A DNA stretch of 62,118 nt, counting the filler. It is 8 parts of 8 records of this genome, joined end to end, with 100 filler letters (N's around TTAATTAATTAA, not from the genome) between each part and the next. Parts side by side here need not be neighbours in the genome. Positions count along the whole stretch, not along the records: positions 6,801 to 12,668 come from SRR31147125_65978; positions 12,769 to 18,852 come from SRR31147125_66095; positions 18,953 to 30,306 come from SRR31147125_66106; 5 more parts are not named here. The stretch is one strand, 5' to 3'. The position numbers and the translations under genes are program-made. The notes under the pieces are model-generated. The model did not search any database. It was not told the DNA's origin and was given only the letters and a program-made list of their open reading frames with translations. Position 1 is the stretch's first letter; every line of letters starts with the position of its first letter. Below are positions 9,973 through 18,994 of this stretch, piece after piece.

Positions 9973-10178
9973 TTGTCGTGTGCCGAAAAAAATAGCCGTC
10001 AGTCGCCAATTTGTTTTTTTTGGGCATGACAAACGGGAAACCATCGAGCGAAGGTATGGAGAGAACATTATTATTTCATATGGTAAGGCTTGTTGGCGTA
10101 TTCTTGGATTAATCAGGTTTGCCGACCGTCTGTTTTTTTTGGCAAGCCTCAAAAACAGACGGTCGGGCAGTTTGATCA
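9973..10178 (+). other. Two long hairpins plus a linker complementary to both loops (candidate ssDNA structure or antisense ncRNA)
   Basis: Hairpin 9973-10032; perfect 16-bp stem 10122-10137/10151-10166; G-T pairs favour the + strand. Confidence 0.5.
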
Positions 10179-10179
10179 G

Positions 10180-10533
10180 TTAACGTTGCTTGATTATGGT
10201 TTTGGATCGTTCCCAGTCACATTTGGCATGGCTGCCGGCAAGTCCTTTTTCAATGAGGTGAGGGCATATCAAAGCGACTTTCCTCGCGGCATCTTCCAAA
10301 AATCGGTCGAAACGGAAACGGAAGAAGTGTGCGGTCATTTCTTCAGCCCATGCAAGGCGTGTGTCGTCGAACGATGATATACATTCACGCAAGCTAAAAG
10401 CCGCATCTTCAGACCATAATGAGAGAATCAGTTTCGCCAGTCCATTTGCCGACCCCGCACCTTCATGTCGATTGATCCATTCCACCACATGCGCGTAAGG
10501 ATTTTTAAAATCTTTTCCAGTATTGTCGGTCAT
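10180..10533 (-). CDS. Small hypothetical protein of the mobile element
   Basis: 117 aa, RBS AGGAG, co-oriented directly after the RadC gene; no family confidently recognised. Confidence 0.7.
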   Translation of the reverse strand: MTDNTGKDFKNPYAHVVEWINRHEGAGSANGLAKLILSLWSEDAAFSLRECISSFDDTRLAWAEEMTAHFFRFRFDRFLEDAARKVALICPHLIEKGLAGSHAKCDWERSKTIIKQR

Positions 10534-10560
10534 GATTTCTCCTTACTTCCTTTTTTTTGT

Positions 10561-11079
10561 TTACATCTGTGAGATTTGATCCAATACGGAACACACTTTG
10601 CGTTTGGTATGTTCAATTATTTTTTCGTCTGCGAAAGACAGGTAGGTATCAGAATCCATGTCCACGATAATGTGATCCAGAATTTCCAGATCGAACAGAT
10701 GCGCAGACGCCATTATCATGCGGGTGATCATTTTATCTTCCATGGATGGCGAGGGATCTCCCGAAGGGTGATTGTGTCCGAGGATCAAGGATCTGCAGGG
10801 CATGTTTATTGCGGCCTTAACGACCTCCCGGGGCTGTACGATACTTCGGGTCAGGCTTCCAGTGGATACCAGGTTTGTGCCGATGGGTTTCAGCTTTGTA
10901 TTCAGCATTACCACTACGAAGTTTTCCCGATCTGTCTGACCGAGCTGGCGGATCATATTCTTGATTAATTGGGAACCAGAGAAACTATTGTGGATGGCCT
11001 GATCACTCAAGAAATGGATTTCTTGTTCTTTGACCATATGCAGCTTGTATGCATAAAAGTGATATTCTTTCATGTTCAC
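10561..11079 (-). CDS. RadC-like JAB/MPN-domain protein (short, mobile-element type)
   Basis: DRENFVVVMLNTK, VQPREV, HNHPSGDPSPSMED and ILDHIIV motifs; RBS GGGAGG at 11086-11091 places the start at 11079 (GTG) or 11073 (ATG). Confidence 0.92.
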   Translation of the reverse strand: MNMKEYHFYAYKLHMVKEQEIHFLSDQAIHNSFSGSQLIKNMIRQLGQTDRENFVVVMLNTKLKPIGTNLVSTGSLTRSIVQPREVVKAAINMPCRSLILGHNHPSGDPSPSMEDKMITRMIMASAHLFDLEILDHIIVDMDSDTYLSFADEKIIEHTKRKVCSVLDQISQM

Positions 11080-11085
11080 TATCAT

Positions 11086-11170
11086 CCTCCCTATTGTCAG
11101 GCGCAAAGGCTCCCACGGTCAGGGAGGACATCCCCATCGGGAAACCTTTACGGTTCCCCGATTAGGGGGA
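11086..11170 (-). promoter_or_regulatory. Structured leader, copy B, before the RadC-like gene
   Basis: Minus strand: TCCCCctaATCGGGGAACC-gtaaa-GGTTTCCCGATGGGGA tgtc CTCCC-tgaccgt-GGGAG CCTTTGCG, then AGGGAGG. Confidence 0.65.
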
Positions 11171-11225
11171 ATTTGTGTTTGATTTAACGCATGTTTTGAA
11201 GACCGTAATGCGTTGCCTGTTTACT

Positions 11226-12029
11226 TTATCTGCCTTTTAGTTTGGCCATTCCTTCGGTCAGGACCCACAAGGCTTTGTTGAGTTTGACATCCCTATCAAT
11301 GGATTTCACCGGGCGGGTTCTGACTCGACGAATATGGCCATTCGCATTTCGTTTGCTTCCATATATTCCTCCTTTCATGATATTTTCCTGGACCACATTA
11401 AATGTTGTCCACAGATCATTTCCTTGGTCGTCATAGCGTCGTTCTTCTAATAACTGTACTGGCAAAATCGGTGCCTTTTCGATATCTTCATAGACCAGTT
11501 TGTGCGCAGCTATGGCGAAAACGCCTTTTTCATTCGGGGAGAGGTCTACGGCCTTTAAATCATTGACTTGTACGGCGATATCTCCGGCACCTTCAGCAAT
11601 CTGGTAAGCCGAATCTAAAAAAGCGGTTATATCAAAACCGACATGTCTGTGTGAAAAATTGAACAGTTTCGAGGATACCATCAATCCATTTCCGCATATT
11701 TTACGCCAGATCGAGGCACAAAGCTGAAACGCACACCCACGATCATGGGAGTTGGTCATCACCAGATCGACGCGTTCCTGGTCGGTTGCAAGGGCACCCT
11801 GCATGAATCGGATGATGTGTTTCTGATAGCCGTTACGATCCTTTTTCCTTGTTCCGGATTGCTTCACATGCACGGGCTGCCACCCGGCGGACCTCAACAA
11901 ATCAACAGCCTCGATGGTCGGCACAAAGCTATATCGGTCCGAAACCGTATCATGTGGGTTTACCGCTCCTGCTGCCGGAGCCAATTCGACGATTTGATCA
12001 TTGGTCAGGGGAATGATTTGTGATTTCAT
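11226..12029 (-). CDS. DUF932 (DUF945) family protein
   Basis: SDRYSFVPT, YQKHIIRF, NSHD, R.IC.NGL, RRYDD..DLWTTFNVVQENIMKGG and LNKALW motifs; RBS GGGAGG before ATG at 12029. Confidence 0.9.
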   Translation of the reverse strand: MKSQIIPLTNDQIVELAPAAGAVNPHDTVSDRYSFVPTIEAVDLLRSAGWQPVHVKQSGTRKKDRNGYQKHIIRFMQGALATDQERVDLVMTNSHDRGCAFQLCASIWRKICGNGLMVSSKLFNFSHRHVGFDITAFLDSAYQIAEGAGDIAVQVNDLKAVDLSPNEKGVFAIAAHKLVYEDIEKAPILPVQLLEERRYDDQGNDLWTTFNVVQENIMKGGIYGSKRNANGHIRRVRTRPVKSIDRDVKLNKALWVLTEGMAKLKGR

Positions 12030-12035
12030 TGTCTG

Positions 12036-12127
12036 CCTCCCTTTGGAAAAAAGCCGCAACGGTTCCCTCCATAGGGAGAACACCACCGTATCGGGGAACC
12101 ATTGCGGTACCCCGGATTTGGGGTTGG
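12036..12127 (-). promoter_or_regulatory. Structured leader, copy A, before the DUF932 gene
   Basis: Minus strand: ATCCGGGGTACC-gcaat-GGTTCCCCGATACGGTGG tgtt CTCCCT-atgg-AGGGAA CCGTTGCGG, then AGGGAGG; aligns with copy B. Confidence 0.65.
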
Positions 12128-12141
12128 ATTTTAGAATTGTT

Positions 12142-12666
12142 CTATTTTTTTAATTGATTTATTGTCTCGACGGCGCGCCTGATCGTGCGCTGAAGGTAAG
12201 CAGCCTGGCGCCGTTGACCATTGTGATGTGCCCAATCTTTTCTTTCTTGCAACAGCCTGTCGGCAACGACTTCCGGATCCATTCCCCGACGCAACAATGA
12301 GAGGGCATAGGCAAAATCAGTCGCCGACTCATCCCCGCGATCGTAATCGGTACGCATGATGGGGTCGCCCGATAGACACTGCTTTATGGCTTTTTCCCTG
12401 ATTGGCCGTCGGTCAACTGTTTTTTCCGGAAGGTTTACCTTCGGTACTTGAGCCACTTTTTCCCAGTCCACCCAAATAAGGCGGGAGAGGGGAAATCGTC
12501 CCTTTTTACCATATTTCGATTTGCAATTTCGAAAGCCTGGACAACGGCCCCAACGCAAGTTCGGATCACAGGCTGGATCTGCGCGGAAAAACCTGATCCA
12601 ATATCGTTTCTCCGGGTTGCTGATGCTCCGTACTGCTTTGACCCATACCTGAAAATTGCCGGGGCT
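12142..12666 (-). CDS. RepB-type DNA primase (RSF1010 RepB'-like), 5'-truncated
   Basis: Frame is open to the contig edge: SPGNFQVWV..ADPA..WGRCPGFRNCKSKY, plus C-terminal helical bundle DESATDFAYA..YLQRT. Confidence 0.75.
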   Translation of the reverse strand, partial: SPGNFQVWVKAVRSISNPEKRYWIRFFRADPACDPNLRWGRCPGFRNCKSKYGKKGRFPLSRLIWVDWEKVAQVPKVNLPEKTVDRRPIREKAIKQCLSGDPIMRTDYDRGDESATDFAYALSLLRRGMDPEVVADRLLQERKDWAHHNGQRRQAAYLQRTIRRAVETINQLKK

Positions 12667-12768
12667 AANNNNNNNNNNNNNNNNNNNNNNNNNNNNNNNN
12701 NNNNNNNNNNNNTTAATTAATTAANNNNNNNNNNNNNNNNNNNNNNNNNNNNNNNNNNNNNNNNNNNN

Positions 12769-13983
12769 GACGCTGTCAAAAATTTAGTTTCTAACGGTAT
12801 TAGAACAGGTGGTGGCATCTATATTGACAGCGGTAATGCTACATTAAAAAATTGTATCATTAGTAATAACTCGATTTCTGGTAGTAGCAACGCTAAAGGT
12901 GGAGGGGTGGCTATGAGTGGAACATTAACGCTAAACAATTGTGCTATCCGAAATAATTCGATTTCAGGTTCAGTCGGTAGCTTTTCAAGTTCAAGTGCGC
13001 TTGGGGGAGGTGTTTATTTAGAAGGCTCATGCACACTGTATAATTGCATTATTGATGGGAACTCTGGAGAAACATCTGCAGGTAATTTTAGTACTGCAAT
13101 CTCAAGAGGTGGCGGCTTATTTGTGACTGGAGGGTATACATTAACAAATTGCATTGTTTCAAACAATTGGGTGTCTGCTTCTGGGGGCGATGAACGGATA
13201 AGGGAAGGAGGTGGCGTTTATTCGAATGTATCAGATACAACCTCAACCTTGATAAACTGCACTATTGCTTTTAATACAAACCAAGGGATCAGGAATAATG
13301 ACAACCAAATTAAAATTTTAAACTCCATTCTTTTCTATAATACTCCAGATGTGGAACAGCTTTCTGGATTAGTAGCGGCCGATTACAGTGACATTCAAAT
13401 ACCGGGGGTTCCTCCTGATTCTACTTATCCAGGGAAAGACAATATAAATGCCGATCCTTTTTTCAATACAAATGACATGCACTGTTTGCACATAGTAGAG
13501 GGATCGCCCTGCATAGACAAAGGCAGCCCAGAGGATATTTATAACGATGAGTGTTTTCCTGAAGCAACTGGAGATAGCCGTAAAAAACCCTCATTGGGGA
13601 CGGAAAGAAATGACATAGGTGCACATGGTGGCCCAATGGCCTGTAACTGGACGTTAGATGAATGTCTTATTGTTAGCGTCAGAGAGGAAACCATAAACCT
13701 TCCAAAATACTTTATTTTGCAACAAAACTATCCGAATCCATTTAATCCGAGAACAACTATTAGCTATCAGCTACCAAACCAAGCAAAAGTCGAATTAACA
13801 GTTTATAATTTCCTAGGGCAGAATATCAAAGAATTAGTAAATGAAATACAAGCCCCAGGAATACATCGGGTTCAGTGGGATGGGAAAGACAACAGCGGTC
13901 GGCTAGTGGCAAGTAGTGTTTATATTTATCAGATCAGAGCTAATGAAATCATAGAGTCCAAGAAGTTAGTACTAATTCAGTAA
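12769..13983 (+). CDS. Secreted beta-helix (pectin-lyase-like repeat) protein with C-terminal T9SS/FlgD-like sorting domain, 5'-truncated
   Basis: GGG[VL]Y..L.NC.I..N repeats; GSPCIDKG..DIGA.GG; LQQNYPNPFNPRTTISYQL..WDG C-terminus. Confidence 0.82.
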   Translation, partial: DAVKNLVSNGIRTGGGIYIDSGNATLKNCIISNNSISGSSNAKGGGVAMSGTLTLNNCAIRNNSISGSVGSFSSSSALGGGVYLEGSCTLYNCIIDGNSGETSAGNFSTAISRGGGLFVTGGYTLTNCIVSNNWVSASGGDERIREGGGVYSNVSDTTSTLINCTIAFNTNQGIRNNDNQIKILNSILFYNTPDVEQLSGLVAADYSDIQIPGVPPDSTYPGKDNINADPFFNTNDMHCLHIVEGSPCIDKGSPEDIYNDECFPEATGDSRKKPSLGTERNDIGAHGGPMACNWTLDECLIVSVREETINLPKYFILQQNYPNPFNPRTTISYQLPNQAKVELTVYNFLGQNIKELVNEIQAPGIHRVQWDGKDNSGRLVASSVYIYQIRANEIIESKKLVLIQ

Positions 13984-14138
13984 TATCGACTATAATTTAG
14001 CTCTTAATTACTGGCAAATAGATCTCTGACTTTAGCGTCGGTGAAGTGTGTATACCTAAATGGAATAAATAAGACTCTGGAGCAGGTGTAGATAAAATTA
14101 GTCTCTAAAATTTGTATTATAATAAAGAGAGACAACCA

Positions 14139-17100
14139 ATGAAAAGCATTTTTATAGGGATATTGTTTTTCTTGATAAATTCCATATCTTATTCCCAGCC
14201 AACAAACAATGCTCTTGAGTTCGATGGAGTGGATGACTATATTGAAATTTTAGCCAGTCCGCAAGATTTGGGTATCTCCGATATTTTTACTGCTACAATA
14301 TGGTTTAAGCAGGATTCGCAGTGGTCATTTCTTGTCATGAATAAATCTACAACACGAATCTACATTAATGGAGAGTTTGAATACGAAATTCCTACGGGTA
14401 TTACTTTCGATGAAACCAGCAATATTAGATTAGTCTATTTACCATATTTCGGCTACTTTAAAGGGTTAGCTGATGAGCTCCGTATATGGAACTTTGCACT
14501 CTCGGAACAACAGATAACAGAATATATGAATATTCCGCTTGAGGGTGATGAACAAGGCTTGGTTGGTTATTGGCCTTTTGATGAAAGTGATACAGACACT
14601 CTTTTTGATAGATCATCAAATAATAATATTGGATTATTAGGAGGTGGGAATCGAAAAAATCAACCAATACGAGTTCAATCGAATATTCCAATTTCCGAAT
14701 TCATCAAAATATTATATATAAAAGCACCAAGCGGTATACTTCAATTAGGTCAAAATATTATACCTCAAGTCGTAGTACAAAATATAAGTTGGCAAGAAGT
14801 AAGCTTTAAAACAAAATTTCTAATTCATCCATCTTATTCCGATAGTGCACAATCACCGAGCATATTGCCTGGGGATAGCATAACGGTGAGTTTGCCATCC
14901 TGGCAACCTCTAAAGGCTGCTGCTTACACGACAACAAGTAGTATTAGTTATGACGGTGTACATGTTATAGACCAAAAAACAGGAAGGGTGGTTGTTAGTG
15001 GTGAAATAGGACCCGAAATTCATGACATTAATCCTTCTATTGGCGTTAATGGAGGAGTTTTCACGATAAGTATAACTGGAAAAAAATTTAAAGAAGGCAT
15101 AACTGCCCGCCTTATCCAGCACGATGATTCTGAAATTATTGCCGATTCTGCTGCAATTCAGTTTATTAATTCTTCTGAGATAAAAGTAAATTTTAATTTG
15201 CAAGAAGCATTAGAAGGAGATTGCCATCTAAAAGTTTTAAATCCTGATGGGAACACTTTTACTTATTATGAAGGATTTAAAGTTATTGAATTTGAAGGTC
15301 AGCAGCTTACTTTTGGCAATTGGGAAGAATTTAAGGTAGCAAAAGGAACTTCTATAGATGTGGGAGTCAATGTCCCTTCAAATATTAATGATCTTTTTGT
15401 GTTAGTTAAAAAAACTACTCATATTGGTTATTCAGGAACCTGGGCAGGTAGTATCAAACTTTTTAAACAAGGACAAGAAGTTGCTTATCGAAATGGTAAT
15501 AGTGATTTTGAAATACACATTCAAAATCCAGAATCTGGTTGGTATACATTAGAAATTTATAGTAGTGATCCTGGGGATGGATTAATAAAAGTCTGTTCTT
15601 CAATAGATAATTTATCCCTTGGTCAATGGAAAATAGGAACTATACTTCGTCCTTATGGCTGGAATTGGATGCAATTGGATGTTCCTGCAAATCAGCAAAC
15701 CCTTTATTTGGAAACAGAGGGTTTTGGCCTCTGGAGTACACTAGACATATATTATGATTATATTGGTAACAACAATCAGCATTGGCAATTATCTAATATG
15801 GGGGCAGGTTATCATATTGAAGAAAAAATTGCAAATCCAATTGCTGGAAGATATTATCTTCGTTATATGGATTCGGCTGTTATGAAAGGAACATCCTCTC
15901 AGACTCGTGAATATATGATTATTGCGTCAAATACTGCACAAATTCCTACTCCCGAGACTACTTTAAAAGTAACTTCTATAATCCCAAAACAAGTAGCTAA
16001 CGATAGTTTAGTAACAATTTCAATTTATGGTAGTGGATTTAATGCTGATGATGTAGCGATACTTGTAGGAGAAAATAATTTAAAAATAATTTCATATAAA
16101 TGTTATTGTAACGATTCAAAAACAATACTTTATCCAACATTTGATTTATCTCATGCACCTACTGGGGAATGGGAACTTGTTATAAAAAAACAAAATGGAG
16201 ATAGTTTAAAAAGTGAGCAGACAATCGTAATTGAATCTGTTTCCAACATAGATCTTCAAGCTAATATTCAAGGTCGTAAATTATTCCGAATTGGTCGGCA
16301 ACAAAGTTATCAGATTAATTTGATAAATAATGGTAATACAAATGCGGAAGATGTAATATTTATAATCTTTTTTCCGAAGCTTGCCGAGGCAGTCCTTGAA
16401 ATGAAGGAATCGAAACATTCAATTGATTACATACCCGAACTCCAAAGCAATGAAAGTGAAACCGAATGGTATGCATTTACAATTTATCGAAAAATGTTAA
16501 TCCCCAAACAGAATCTAAGTGCAGAACTTCATCTTAGACTTATACAGAATATAAATAATTTTCAAATTTTAATTTATGCGATGCAAACCCCCGATGTTTT
16601 TTTAAAGACATTATCAAAACCTCTATATGTAAAAAATATGTTAAGTCAATACTACTCTGAAATTGAAATATGGTTTGGACCTATAAATTTAAATCCCCTA
16701 AAATTCTCTTTACCAGAGCATACAATTTTTAAATTTCCACAAGAGTCTGGACCTAATGTTTTATCCACTTTAAATTGCAAATCCTTTAATGGATGTCAAG
16801 CTGTAGTAAAAAAAAACTATAGCGATATAAAAAAAATACTTGAACAAGCTGGTTATAAAAAATGTAATGAATGTACGCAAAATGGAGGTAAATACTATTT
16901 TAAGTCGAAAAATGAACATGATATGATGTTTAAAAAGCTAACCGATTTATCTAACAGTGGTCTATATTTTAAGTATAGTAACGAAAAACCAAAAGGATTT
17001 ATAGATAATAATGGTAATTTTATACCGCAAGGTACAATAAATTGTAGAGGTTTATTTGAAGGAATAGCTGAATTTTTAAAAATCGGAACAAATGGAGAAG

Positions 17101-18437
17101 GAGTTATTCCTGATAATAAAGAGGATTATGGACTAATGGGAAGATTACCTAAATATTTTAACGCTGATTTACCATGGTATTGGGATTTTTTAAATTGGTA
17201 TGCAGATCCTTTGCCAAATGGTCGTTTACCAGATGCAAGCATAGATGGAACAGTTGTTGGATCCTCAACTCCAGAAGATAAATATGGACCCGAAGGTTAT
17301 GATCCTCCAGATACTACCAATATGAAACTTTGGAAATATATATTAAAAGATAAAGTATTGTCTTATAACATTGATTTCTGGAATAAAGAAGATGCCACTG
17401 CCCCAGCTCAAGAAGTATTCATTCTTGATACATTAGATAGAAATTTTGCAGATAATACATTTAGTTTTAATGAATTTGGGTTCTTAAAATGGAAAAGGCA
17501 ACTAAATGGAGGACATTACTTCAATGTAAAGGTTGATATGCGACCAGACGAAAACTTAATTGTGAATGTAGAAGGAAAATATGACCAGGACAATAGAGAA
17601 ATTAGTTGGATTTTCCGCTCACTTGATCCACAAACAGGGCAATTGCCAGAAGATCATATGGCTGGATTTTTACCGCAGATAGATTCAACAGGTTATCAAA
17701 TTGGCTGGGTAAGTTATTCTGTTAAACCAATATTTGAATTGACAACTGGTGCTAAAATCACAAACCAGGCATGGGTAAACTTTGACAGAGTCGGTCCATG
17801 GAATCCTGCACCAAAGGAAGGACCTTGGATTAATACAATTGATGCAGATCCTCCAATTAGCTATGTTAATTCGGCTACACAAGATGCCCAATCCGATAGT
17901 ATAATTGTAGAGATAACAGGGCAAGATATAGGTTCAGGTATCACTCATTATTCTTTGTATGTCTCTGAAAATAATAGTCCATATTCAGCGTGGATTTCCA
18001 ATACACAGGATTCAATAATGAAGTTTCAAGTAATCGATAACCATGTATATCGTCTCTACAGCATTGCAAAAGATGGAGCAAGAAATGTTGAAGTTGCACC
18101 TGATTCTTTTGATGTTATTATTACTGACGTAAAAGATAAACAGAATGGCTCCTTACCAAAAGTTTTTTCATTATATCAGAACTATCCAAATCCTTTTAAT
18201 CAAATTTCAACGATAAAATACGATTTGCCTAAAGCAGTTGAGGTAAAATTGGTTGTATACAATATCCTTGGTCAAAAAGTTCGGACACTAATTGATAAAA
18301 AACAGCTTGCTGGATATCACTTAGTAGACTGGAACGGACAAAATGACCTTGGTTTACCAGTAGCTTCAGGAATATATTTGTATAGGATCGAGACGAAAGA
18401 TTTTATAAAAACTAGAAAGATGTTATTGCTCAAATAA
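14139..18437 (+). CDS. Large secreted multidomain protein (LamG, Ig-like/IPT, DUF11-like, variable insert, FN3-like, C-terminal sorting domain)
   Basis: Signal peptide MKSIFIG; ALEFDGVDDY..DELRIWN..GLVGYWPFDE (LamG); TPEDKYGPEG; LYQNYPNPFN..KMLLLK. Confidence 0.82.
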   Translation: MKSIFIGILFFLINSISYSQPTNNALEFDGVDDYIEILASPQDLGISDIFTATIWFKQDSQWSFLVMNKSTTRIYINGEFEYEIPTGITFDETSNIRLVYLPYFGYFKGLADELRIWNFALSEQQITEYMNIPLEGDEQGLVGYWPFDESDTDTLFDRSSNNNIGLLGGGNRKNQPIRVQSNIPISEFIKILYIKAPSGILQLGQNIIPQVVVQNISWQEVSFKTKFLIHPSYSDSAQSPSILPGDSITVSLPSWQPLKAAAYTTTSSISYDGVHVIDQKTGRVVVSGEIGPEIHDINPSIGVNGGVFTISITGKKFKEGITARLIQHDDSEIIADSAAIQFINSSEIKVNFNLQEALEGDCHLKVLNPDGNTFTYYEGFKVIEFEGQQLTFGNWEEFKVAKGTSIDVGVNVPSNINDLFVLVKKTTHIGYSGTWAGSIKLFKQGQEVAYRNGNSDFEIHIQNPESGWYTLEIYSSDPGDGLIKVCSSIDNLSLGQWKIGTILRPYGWNWMQLDVPANQQTLYLETEGFGLWSTLDIYYDYIGNNNQHWQLSNMGAGYHIEEKIANPIAGRYYLRYMDSAVMKGTSSQTREYMIIASNTAQIPTPETTLKVTSIIPKQVANDSLVTISIYGSGFNADDVAILVGENNLKIISYKCYCNDSKTILYPTFDLSHAPTGEWELVIKKQNGDSLKSEQTIVIESVSNIDLQANIQGRKLFRIGRQQSYQINLINNGNTNAEDVIFIIFFPKLAEAVLEMKESKHSIDYIPELQSNESETEWYAFTIYRKMLIPKQNLSAELHLRLIQNINNFQILIYAMQTPDVFLKTLSKPLYVKNMLSQYYSEIEIWFGPINLNPLKFSLPEHTIFKFPQESGPNVLSTLNCKSFNGCQAVVKKNYSDIKKILEQAGYKKCNECTQNGGKYYFKSKNEHDMMFKKLTDLSNSGLYFKYSNEKPKGFIDNNGNFIPQGTINCRGLFEGIAEFLKIGTNGEGVIPDNKEDYGLMGRLPKYFNADLPWYWDFLNWYADPLPNGRLPDASIDGTVVGSSTPEDKYGPEGYDPPDTTNMKLWKYILKDKVLSYNIDFWNKEDATAPAQEVFILDTLDRNFADNTFSFNEFGFLKWKRQLNGGHYFNVKVDMRPDENLIVNVEGKYDQDNREISWIFRSLDPQTGQLPEDHMAGFLPQIDSTGYQIGWVSYSVKPIFELTTGAKITNQAWVNFDRVGPWNPAPKEGPWINTIDADPPISYVNSATQDAQSDSIIVEITGQDIGSGITHYSLYVSENNSPYSAWISNTQDSIMKFQVIDNHVYRLYSIAKDGARNVEVAPDSFDVIITDVKDKQNGSLPKVFSLYQNYPNPFNQISTIKYDLPKAVEVKLVVYNILGQKVRTLIDKKQLAGYHLVDWNGQNDLGLPVASGIYLYRIETKDFIKTRKMLLLK

Positions 18438-18489
18438 GCAGACATATTAAAAAGTATGTTGGGGCGGGAATCTCTCCCCACCCTCACTT

Positions 18490-18720
18490 TTACACAACCT
18501 CAAACCCCTCATCCGTCTTCACAACCTCCGGTAAAAAATGCAAACTCTTAACAGCATCCCTGTTTAATTGATTAAAGTCAGGCACAGATGTTTCCTGTGG
18601 AGGAGGTTGCTTACTAATCCTTTCAAAAAGCTGTAATACCTTCCTCCCAGCATCTTGTGGGTGTCTAATCCAGTACTTTTTATTTATTAACGCTTTTAGT
18701 TCTTCATCTGATTTACTCAT
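18490..18720 (-). CDS. Hypothetical protein; overlaps the 3' end of an upstream truncated ORF (about 18713-18850)
   Basis: About 76 aa ORF whose ATG overlaps the upstream stop (ATGAGTAA); no motif recognised. Confidence 0.5.
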   Translation of the reverse strand: MSKSDEELKALINKKYWIRHPQDAGRKVLQLFERISKQPPPQETSVPDFNQLNRDAVKSLHFLPEVVKTDEGFEVV

Positions 18721-18994
18721 AATCTTCATCTCCAGGAAATATTATATGTGGGAACGCCTTTGGATCAGCATTTCCACGAGCAACTCCAACTGCCAGTGGA
18801 TGATCCGGCCTTATTTTTCTTTTCCAATTATAAAGTTTTGCCAAGTAGTCAANNNNNNNNNNNNNNNNNNNNNNNNNNNNNNNNNNNNNNNNNNNNTTAA
18901 TTAATTAANNNNNNNNNNNNNNNNNNNNNNNNNNNNNNNNNNNNNNNNNNNNAGGAGCAGATCCTGCCGGCCGTTTCTTTTGCTCAAGCGGCTG

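Noticed and set aside
9919-10377. Short ORFs across the structured intergenic region
   Set aside because: No clear RBS or protein-like composition; the sequence is better explained by base pairing.
11086-12127. The two leader repeats as CRISPR or REP elements
   Set aside because: Only two diverged copies, separated by a whole gene and each fixed just before an RBS; no cas genes.
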